This document shows positions 56,970 to 64,000 of a stretch of 64,000 bases of DNA, in pieces (positions within the stretch are counted from its first letter, which is position 1; every line of letters begins with the position of its first letter). The notes below the pieces were generated by a model. It was given only the letters and a program-made list of their open reading frames with translations. It was not told the DNA's origin and made no database searches. The position numbers and the translations under genes are program-made. The stretch lies in the NCBI GenBank assembly GCA_963665095.1, contig OY762069.1, positions 4,704,001 through 4,768,000 of the forward strand, written 5' to 3'. This DNA comes from an uncultured Desulfobacter sp. (lineage in GTDB: Bacteria > Desulfobacterota > Desulfobacteria > Desulfobacterales > Desulfobacteraceae).

Positions 56970-58646
56970 TTATTTGCCTTTTGACTTGGGCCCGCCGCCC
57001 CGTATGCCTGAGCCGCCGCCCCTGACCGAAGCAGAGGCGGTTTTCACTCCGCCGGTTTTGGAAAAGGTGCTGTTCTGATATTTGGGTGACATGGTTGTAC
57101 GGGTGCCCCGGGAACCAAAGGTATCTACGCCGGTCTTACTGCTGCCGTAATAGGGTTTTTGGTGCCTGTAATCGTTGCGCCAGCGGTTCCATGAACCATA
57201 GGAGTAGTAATAGGGCGGGTAGAAAAACAGGTTGGAGAAAAAGGCATACCGTCCGTACCAGGACCAGAAGCTGTTGCCGTTGCCATCCTTTTTCCACTCC
57301 CCGTACTGGGGGTTGCCCACATAGGCCATACCGGGCGGGGCTGCCTGGGGATCCGGCTCAAACTCACCATAGGGTTTGGAGAGAATGGCCATGCCCAGGT
57401 TGTTGATATTCTGTTCGTAAAAAGAGGGGTTTACCTTGACCCAGCCGGTCTCTTCAGTTTTACCGTTTTCCTCTTTCAGGTATTTGTGAAAATATTCCTG
57501 CCGGACGCTGTCCAGATAAAAACTGGCAGCATTGTGCCCGGATCTTTGGGGCCAGTTTTCCACAGGATCAATTTTCAGCTCCTTAAAGGCGTTGGACAGG
57601 CCTGAGGCCACGTGCAGGCTTAAGCTGCTGAACCCGGGTTTCAGTTCCGCTATGCTGTCTGCCTCGGACTCATTCAGGGCCTGGAACGTGTCAAGGGAGA
57701 CCTGTCTGGTGAAGCTGGCAATTACCGGATTATAGTAATCAGACCGCTCATCCCAGGATTCCCGCTTGATGGTGACAAAATAGTCCACCTTCATGTCCTC
57801 AAGCACCTTGGTATAACTCTGGTAGAGCTGGTCAATATCCTTTTCAAGTTCAGGACCGTCCGTTGTCAGGTCCTTTCGGGCCTTTTCCACGGCATCGGCC
57901 GCAGTGACAAAGGCGGCATAATCGGCATTGCCCGCCTTGTGTGCCTCATATTGTGCCTTGACCACATTGACATTTGCCCTGGTCGCATCCGCCATTTTTG
58001 AAAACGGGGCAAACCGGGCATTGATTTTATCCAGGGAATCAGGAAACTTTTCTCTGGCCTTGGCCACCGGCCCCTGGTCCAGGGCGGCAACCGTTGACAT
58101 AATTGTGTCTGAGGCGGCCAGGGCCGCTTTTTCCATGGCCTGGGTGCCGGTCATGGCTGCCTGAATCCGGGAGATACGCTCAAACGGAGCCTGGGCCTGA
58201 CTTTTTGCCTCCTGGATCACGGAATTTACCTGTTTGATCTGGGCTTTGGCCTGGGCTGCCCCTTCAGGTCGGTTCTGTTTGATGGTTACACCAAGACCTT
58301 TGTCGTACACCTCCTTTGCCCGGGTTAAGGTGGCGCTGGCCTTGTCAAAGGCCCCATCCCATTTCTCTTTTGCTGCATAGGGCGCCATGGCAGAGAACTT
58401 CGGCGAAGCATTGGTGCTGGCATATTTATCCTTCTGGCTTTTTATATAGTCCCGGGTGGTGTCCAGGCTCTTTTTTACCGATGTGGCCTCCTGCCTGATG
58501 TTGTCAGGAAGGCCCTGGCCGCAGCCGGTAAGAAGGAAGAGACTTGCTATCAGCAGAACAAGCCCTTGGGCGGCGAATCGGGCATGCCGGAGCACGGCGC
58601 CGCCTGTGGCCCTGTGGCTATTCTGGGCTGGGTGGTTCTGTTTCAT
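56970..58646 (-). CDS. Large lipoprotein: coiled coil, conserved aromatic domain, Gly/Ser/Arg tail
   Basis: Lipobox LLTGC; PPGMAYVGNPQYGEW, SFWSWYGRYA; tail RGGGSGIRGGGPKSKGK. Confidence 0.8.
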   Translation of the reverse strand: MKQNHPAQNSHRATGGAVLRHARFAAQGLVLLIASLFLLTGCGQGLPDNIRQEATSVKKSLDTTRDYIKSQKDKYASTNASPKFSAMAPYAAKEKWDGAFDKASATLTRAKEVYDKGLGVTIKQNRPEGAAQAKAQIKQVNSVIQEAKSQAQAPFERISRIQAAMTGTQAMEKAALAASDTIMSTVAALDQGPVAKAREKFPDSLDKINARFAPFSKMADATRANVNVVKAQYEAHKAGNADYAAFVTAADAVEKARKDLTTDGPELEKDIDQLYQSYTKVLEDMKVDYFVTIKRESWDERSDYYNPVIASFTRQVSLDTFQALNESEADSIAELKPGFSSLSLHVASGLSNAFKELKIDPVENWPQRSGHNAASFYLDSVRQEYFHKYLKEENGKTEETGWVKVNPSFYEQNINNLGMAILSKPYGEFEPDPQAAPPGMAYVGNPQYGEWKKDGNGNSFWSWYGRYAFFSNLFFYPPYYYSYGSWNRWRNDYRHQKPYYGSSKTGVDTFGSRGTRTTMSPKYQNSTFSKTGGVKTASASVRGGGSGIRGGGPKSKGK

Positions 58647-59280
58647 TGCCGTTCTCTCCTCTGGTTACAAGGGTGATCTCGCCGGGATCCACAGGCCGGG
58701 AAATATAGATATAGTACTCCTCTTTGTCCCCGTCCTGCCACTCTTCAATGGTGATGAACAATCCGCCCCGTTCATTGACAAACTCATACATGTAGACCTT
58801 TTCTTCCCTGCCGCCACGCCGGTATATGGCTGCCCAGTCATCATCATACTCATAGGTCTCCCCTGCGTAGACAATGCTGTCCTCATCGTCGGCAATCTGG
58901 TCCAGGTCATCTTCATCAATGGCCTGCCCCTCATCATCGGTCAGGCGGTTGAACTTGGTCTGATCCAGGGTGATGGTCACCTCAAGCTCATCATCATATT
59001 CCCATTCAAAATGCCCCACAGCACCGGTTTCCAGGCAAAGGCAGGTCAGTTCGGTAACAAAGAAGTCTTTAAGCTTTGAAAAGTCCCCGCTGGTCTCCTG
59101 GTAGGTGTTGATCTCCTGGATGTAATAGGTGTTGCCAAAGCAGGTGAAAAAGTCACCTTTCCGGGTGTCCATAATTGTCAGACGGGTCTGGTCCTCATTT
59201 GAGACCAGCCTGTCCGGGTCCAGGGTGCGGATCAGGGAAAAGCGCTGGTCAAAGGATTTTTTTTCGGAAGCAGATATCAT
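58618..59280 (-). CDS. DUF4178-like acidic protein
   Basis: FEWEYDDE, IVYAGETYEY, YMYEF, FITIEEWQD pattern; operon context. Confidence 0.7.
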   Translation of the reverse strand: MISASEKKSFDQRFSLIRTLDPDRLVSNEDQTRLTIMDTRKGDFFTCFGNTYYIQEINTYQETSGDFSKLKDFFVTELTCLCLETGAVGHFEWEYDDELEVTITLDQTKFNRLTDDEGQAIDEDDLDQIADDEDSIVYAGETYEYDDDWAAIYRRGGREEKVYMYEFVNERGGLFITIEEWQDGDKEEYYIYISRPVDPGEITLVTRGENGNETEPPSPE

Positions 59281-59281
59281 A

Positions 59282-60514
59282 CTATTTCTCCTGGCGTCTT
59301 GACGTTAAGGCGTCGGTCCTGGCCCTGAACCGTTCATTCATTACGCCCAGGGCATTGGAACTCTGGGATGCGATGCTGATGGTCTCCTTGGAGATGGCCG
59401 CATAGGTGTCAAAGGCCTGCTCATAGGTGTTGCACGCCTCTTCCAGGGCCTGAATGTTCACGGTCATACTCTGGCTCATCTTTGCGCCCTTGACAGCGGC
59501 ATCACCGATCACCTTTGCCGTGTCCGTCATGGTTTCAGCTGCGGCCTGCTGGACCATGTCCAGGTGTTTCAGGGTCTCCATCTGCTGTTCTGCGGCCACC
59601 CGCACGGCCAGGGCGTTTTTCACGGCCGTGGACAGAATCATATCCGTACGCTGGACCAGCCGCTGGACCAGGTGGGAGTTTCTCACCATCATCTCACCAC
59701 CGAACCGGGTCTGGAGATTGGAGTTGTCAATGGTCTGAAGATCCACAACCGCCATGGCCAGATCCGATGTCAGGGTGGTCAGGGCTTCTTTGACCCGGGG
59801 ATCATCCACCGTATCAAGGTGGGCCGTCAGTTTCTCCCAGATGAGCTGGCCCACGTAAATCTGCTCCTGCAGGGTCGGCTGGATCTCCTTGAGGGCATCG
59901 CAGATCTGGGCCAGTTCTGCCGCGTCAAAGGCCACCTGGTCCGCGTCATTGCGCAGATGGTCCCGGATGCCGTCGATGGTGGAGTTTACAGTCTCCCTGC
60001 GCTCGGCAATGATGCGCAGAATCTCGTCGCCTTTGGGCAGACGGTTCACCGTACGGGTGAAAAGCCCCATCACCTTTTTGGGCAGGGGCATTTCTGTTTT
60101 TGCCACCATGGTGGGGTTGACCTTGTCCAGTTCCACCTTGATGGCCAGGATATTTTTACCCACAGGCGAACGGTCATCAGATGCCACATTTTTTAGTACG
60201 GAACCCATTTTGCGGTCGTAAAGGGAGACCTGGGCCTGGGTTTTTTCCATGATTTCCCTGCCCAGAGAAAAGACAAAATTGCCCAGCTGCCAGTTGGAGG
60301 GATCTTCTTTCACCTTGTCCACAAAGGCCTGGGCTTCCTCTTCAAACTTTTTTATATCCTCCACAGCAAGGTGCTTGGGCTGGACCGGCACCAGCTGGTT
60401 CGGGGCCTGAACAGGGGTGAGTGCACCCTGGCCGGATGCTTCAGATACTTCCGCTATTACAGGGGCTTTGGCCTGGCCGGCCACATTGGCGAGTTCCTGA
60501 GCCAAACTGGTCAT
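59282..60514 (-). CDS. TelA/KlaA (toxic anion resistance) family coiled-coil protein
   Basis: All-helical 410 aa; VGKNILAIKVELDKVNP, KKVMGLF, NSHLVQRLV, VNIQALEEA pattern; AAGGAG RBS. Confidence 0.75.
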   Translation of the reverse strand: MTSLAQELANVAGQAKAPVIAEVSEASGQGALTPVQAPNQLVPVQPKHLAVEDIKKFEEEAQAFVDKVKEDPSNWQLGNFVFSLGREIMEKTQAQVSLYDRKMGSVLKNVASDDRSPVGKNILAIKVELDKVNPTMVAKTEMPLPKKVMGLFTRTVNRLPKGDEILRIIAERRETVNSTIDGIRDHLRNDADQVAFDAAELAQICDALKEIQPTLQEQIYVGQLIWEKLTAHLDTVDDPRVKEALTTLTSDLAMAVVDLQTIDNSNLQTRFGGEMMVRNSHLVQRLVQRTDMILSTAVKNALAVRVAAEQQMETLKHLDMVQQAAAETMTDTAKVIGDAAVKGAKMSQSMTVNIQALEEACNTYEQAFDTYAAISKETISIASQSSNALGVMNERFRARTDALTSRRQEK

Positions 60515-60525
60515 GGTGATCTCCT

Positions 60526-61047
60526 TTATGAAAATTTGCCCTCAAGAAAGTGGGCCATGGTTTTAAATTCAGCGGTTTCATTATTTTCCACGATCTGACG
60601 GGATCTTTTGCAGACCTCGTGCAGGCTTTCTATGGTTTTTTCAAATGCATCTTTCTGGGTTTCCCTGCTTTCCGGGGAAAGATCCAGGTATTCTTTGACT
60701 GTTTTATAAAGGTGGGTGCCCCCGATTTTTTTCAGCTCATAGGTCAGGGTTTCTCCGGGGTATCGTTCTATCATGTCCGGAAGCAGCACCTTAAGGTCAT
60801 CAATAATGGTTTCAATTCTCTGGATCAGGGTCATGGAAAAATTACGGTCTGTTCTGACCATTATATTGAGCTTGATCAGGGTATCAAGGATCTCCTTGAA
60901 ATTTGCGCCCGGGTCCTTTTTTTCAGTGGGCTGGGGTTTGGCCGAAGCCTCTTCCCTTTTGATCGTCGGGGTTTTAAACCGTTTGATGATAAGGCTGAAA
61001 ATAAATACTGCAGTAATAAATACAGCAGCTGTGATCATGAGTTTCAT
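60526..61047 (-). CDS. XpaC-like single-TM partner of TelA
   Basis: N-terminal TM segment; THLYKTVKEYLDL and FKTMAHFLEGKF; directly upstream of TelA; start 61047 with AAGGA RBS. Confidence 0.65.
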   Translation of the reverse strand: MKLMITAAVFITAVFIFSLIIKRFKTPTIKREEASAKPQPTEKKDPGANFKEILDTLIKLNIMVRTDRNFSMTLIQRIETIIDDLKVLLPDMIERYPGETLTYELKKIGGTHLYKTVKEYLDLSPESRETQKDAFEKTIESLHEVCKRSRQIVENNETAEFKTMAHFLEGKFS

Positions 61048-61379
61048 GAAAAATATCCTTCCAGATGTTGGTTTGAAATCGCCAGGTCGCGCATCGGGTT
61101 CGTTTCGTCTTTGTTGTCTTCCGTGCCATGAAGCCCGGAGATGCTTTAAACACAATACAGTTATACATCATATGGCGTTAAGTTCAAGCCCGTCTTCCTG
61201 CTTGACTTTATCTGCTGCAATGATTACTTCCTTTTGCCGGTCCCAGGCGGTATAATACCAGCTGGTTTTATTTTAAAGGACCATAGTTTATTTCCTTTTT
61301 GGGGCCATGGGCCGGCCCGGATTTACTGTAAAACTTCCGGAGCGGCACTGGCCAACAAAAGGAAACAGGAGGCATACTA

Positions 61380-61850
61380 ATGACAATAACCAGATCAGGA
61401 ATACATGTAATTCTCTGTGCAGTGGCCGCAGCAGTGATCATGGGCGGTTGTGCATCATCCAGTTCCAACGTATACACCTATGACCAGACCATGCGGGCCC
61501 AGACCGTTGACACCGGCACTGTGGAGTCGGTCAAAAGCGTTTTGATCCAGTCTTCTCAACCCCCGGGTGCCGGTGCTGCCATTGGTGGTGTGACCGGCGG
61601 TGTGCTCGGCAGCACGGTGGGCCACGGACCGGGACGGGATGTGGCCACGGTGGTGGGCGCGCTGGCAGGTGCAGCTCTGGGCGCTGCCATTCAAACGGAT
61701 GCAGAAACCAAAAACGGCCTGGAGATCGTTGTGAATCTGGACAGAGGCCGAACCATTGTGGTGGTTCAGGAGGCAGATGTACTCATGTATCCCGGTGACC
61801 GGGTGCGGGTAATCACCTCCCCGGACGGTACCACCCGAATATCAAAGTAA
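61380..61850 (+). CDS. SlyB-like glycine-zipper outer-membrane lipoprotein
   Basis: Lipobox MGGC, GAAIGGVTGGVLGSTVG zipper, GLEIVV, GDRVRV. Confidence 0.9.
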   Translation: MTITRSGIHVILCAVAAAVIMGGCASSSSNVYTYDQTMRAQTVDTGTVESVKSVLIQSSQPPGAGAAIGGVTGGVLGSTVGHGPGRDVATVVGALAGAALGAAIQTDAETKNGLEIVVNLDRGRTIVVVQEADVLMYPGDRVRVITSPDGTTRISK

Positions 61851-61859
61851 TAGGAGCAT

Positions 61860-63710
61860 ATGAAAAAAAACAGTGCAGTAAATGATAAATTAAGAAATGT
61901 TGCCATCATTGCCCATGTTGACCATGGGAAGACAACTCTGGTGGATGCCATGTTCAAGCAGAGTGGTATGTTCCGTGAGGGGCAGCAGGTGGATGACCGG
62001 CTCATGGACTCCATGGACCTGGAGCGGGAGCGTGGTATTACCATTGCCGCCAAAAACTGTTCCGTCACCTGCAATGGCGTGAAGATTAACATCATTGATA
62101 CCCCGGGCCATGCTGATTTTGGCGGTGAGGTGGAGCGGGCCCTGTCCATGGCGGACTCTGCGATTCTTTTGGTGGATGCATCCGAAGGGCCTTTGCCCCA
62201 GACCCGGTTTGTTCTGAAGAAAACCTTTGAAGCCGGGCTCCCTGTGCTCGTGATCATCAACAAGATTGACCGGAAGGATGCCCGGGCCGACGAGGTTCTG
62301 GACATGGTGTATGACCTGTTTATCGACCTGGGCGCCACGGACGAACAGCTGGATTTTACCTATCTTTATGCCATTGGCCGGGACGGAATTGTCAAACGGG
62401 AGCTGGATGAAGAGGTGGACAACCTGAAAGTTTTATTTGATATCATTATCAATGAAATGCCCGCACCGACCTATGATCCGGATGCACCCTTTCAGATGCT
62501 GGTGTCGGATCTGGGGTATTCCGATTACCTGGGCCGCCTTGCCATCGGCAAGGTATTTAACGGCTCTGCCGCATCCAATGCCTCCCTGGTCTGCCTGGAT
62601 GAGTCCGGAAAGCAGAAATCGCTTAAGGTGTCTAAACTTCAGTCCTACAGCGGGATGACCCTTGGTCCTGTGGAGATGGCTGAAACCGGTGATATTGTAG
62701 TGCTGGCCGGTATTGAGGAGGTAAAAATCGGGGATACCATCTGCACCCGGGAGGCGCCCCTGGCCCTGCCAAGAATAACGGTGGACGAACCCACCGTATT
62801 CATGCGGTTTGCCATCAACACCTCGCCGTTTGCAGGGAAAGAGGGTAAAAATGTCCAGTCCAGAAAGATCCGGGAGCGCCTGCTCAAGGAGACCCTGCTT
62901 AATGTGGCCATAGAGGTGGAAGAGAGCTCTGATGACGACAGCTTCATTGTCAAGGGCCGTGGTGAACTGCAGCTGGCCATTCTCATTGAGACCATGCGCC
63001 GGGAGGATTTTGAACTGTGTGTGGGGCGGCCCAAGGTAATTTACCGTGAGGAAAACGGCCAGACCCTGGAACCCATTGAGCATCTGTTCGTGGACTGCGA
63101 TGAGGACTTTATGGGCGTGGTCACTGAAAAGCTCTCCGTGAGAAAGGGCAAGATGACCAACCTGGTGAACAACGGAAAAGGCCGTGTGCGCCTGGAGTTC
63201 TCCATTCCCTCGCGTTCCCTGATCGGGTACAGGGACGAATTTATGACCGACACCCGGGGTACGGGCATTCTGAATTCCTACCTTTCAGGGTATGAACCCT
63301 ATCGCGGGGAGTTCCCCGTTCGTTACACCGGCTCCCTTGTGTGTGACCGCCAGGGCAAGGCCGTACCCTATGCCCTGTTCAACCTGGAACCCCGGGGGCG
63401 CCTGTTCATCACCCCGGGGACACCTGTATACGAAGGCATGGTCATTGGCGAGCACAACCGCCATTCAGACATTGACGTCAATGCCTGCAAGGAGAAAAAG
63501 CTGACCAACATGCGGGCATCCGGCAAGGATGAAGCCACCATCTGTTCTCCTGTCAAACCCATGACCCTTGAACAGGCCATCCATTTCATCCGCGACGATG
63601 AAATGGTGGAGATCACCCCGGCCTCCATCCGCATCCGCAAAGTGGAACTTAACGCTGCCAAACGCCATATCCTGGCCGGCAAACTAAAGAAAAAAGAGAC
63701 AGACGCCTAA
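61860..63710 (+). CDS. typA: Translational GTPase TypA/BipA
   Basis: AHVDHGKTT, ERERGITI, DTPGHADFGGEVER, NKID, GRGELQL, KKLTNMRA. Confidence 0.98.
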   Translation: MKKNSAVNDKLRNVAIIAHVDHGKTTLVDAMFKQSGMFREGQQVDDRLMDSMDLERERGITIAAKNCSVTCNGVKINIIDTPGHADFGGEVERALSMADSAILLVDASEGPLPQTRFVLKKTFEAGLPVLVIINKIDRKDARADEVLDMVYDLFIDLGATDEQLDFTYLYAIGRDGIVKRELDEEVDNLKVLFDIIINEMPAPTYDPDAPFQMLVSDLGYSDYLGRLAIGKVFNGSAASNASLVCLDESGKQKSLKVSKLQSYSGMTLGPVEMAETGDIVVLAGIEEVKIGDTICTREAPLALPRITVDEPTVFMRFAINTSPFAGKEGKNVQSRKIRERLLKETLLNVAIEVEESSDDDSFIVKGRGELQLAILIETMRREDFELCVGRPKVIYREENGQTLEPIEHLFVDCDEDFMGVVTEKLSVRKGKMTNLVNNGKGRVRLEFSIPSRSLIGYRDEFMTDTRGTGILNSYLSGYEPYRGEFPVRYTGSLVCDRQGKAVPYALFNLEPRGRLFITPGTPVYEGMVIGEHNRHSDIDVNACKEKKLTNMRASGKDEATICSPVKPMTLEQAIHFIRDDEMVEITPASIRIRKVELNAAKRHILAGKLKKKETDA

Positions 63711-63719
63711 ACAAAAAAA

Positions 63720-63778
63720 ATAAATGGGGTCAGAGTAAAATTAAATTGCCAATTTAATTTTACTCTGACCCCATTTAT
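63720..63778. repeat. 59-bp palindrome, GGGGTCAGAGTAAAATT family copy 2
   Basis: 29-bp perfect arms around a single C at 63749, just after the typA stop. Confidence 0.9.
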
Positions 63779-64000
63779 ATATTTCATAACAAAAGAACAA
63801 AGTTTTTTACAAATTATATTTACGGCCATAATTAAAAATAGTATACGAAGGATCTTAAGTCATAGAAGAGGCCGCAGGAGTAAATGAATTTTTGAGTAAT
63901 TCTGCGGGAATGTTGGCATTTTCACGGGGTGGGATTTGGCGTAACTGATCGGAACTTCTAGAATTTCAAGTTGAGGTGATGCCATGAACAAGGAAAAAAA

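Noticed and set aside
61113..61129. Sigma-54 promoter for the TelA operon (TGGCACGG on minus strand)
   Set aside because: No GC at the -12 position
1..64000. CRISPR array, rRNA or tRNA genes
   Set aside because: No regularly spaced repeats or recognisable RNA gene found by eye; a covariance-model search was not possible
63984..64000. Start of a downstream gene (GAGG RBS, ATG AAC AAG)
   Set aside because: Too little sequence in the window to call

Overview
Bacterial chromosomal window; gene content (deltaproteobacterial-type pyruvate carboxylase, REC-HDOD protein, repeat types) suggests Desulfobacteraceae/Desulfobacterales, which is inference. All product calls come from motifs recognised by eye; no database search was run. 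Housekeeping-type loci: a TatT-associated TRAP transporter, an nfeD-nfeD-floA operon, birA-pyc, a THUMP methylase, yjgA and typA. Accessory modules: (i) a six-gene corrinoid-dependent O-demethylase-like operon with its own porin and two permeases, a clear sigma-54 promoter and a giant convergent enhancer-binding protein; (ii) an XpaC-like/TelA/DUF4178/lipoprotein/DUF350/membrane spermidine synthase operon followed by a pesticin-like muramidase, with TelA where PspA would be expected; (iii) a SNF2 + SWIM/AT-hook/wHTH pair whose start is buried in a perfect 16-bp hairpin carrying a 6-codon leader ORF; (iv) a REC-PEP-dikinase-like/REC-HDOD pair; (v) a LolD/FtsX/LolA-like/beta-barrel exporter with LytS/LytTR. 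The window also has several deletion-chimera pseudogenes (notably ISAzo13-thiolase-BCCP) and up to three families of small palindromic/MITE-like repeats. No rRNA, tRNA or CRISPR array was seen.
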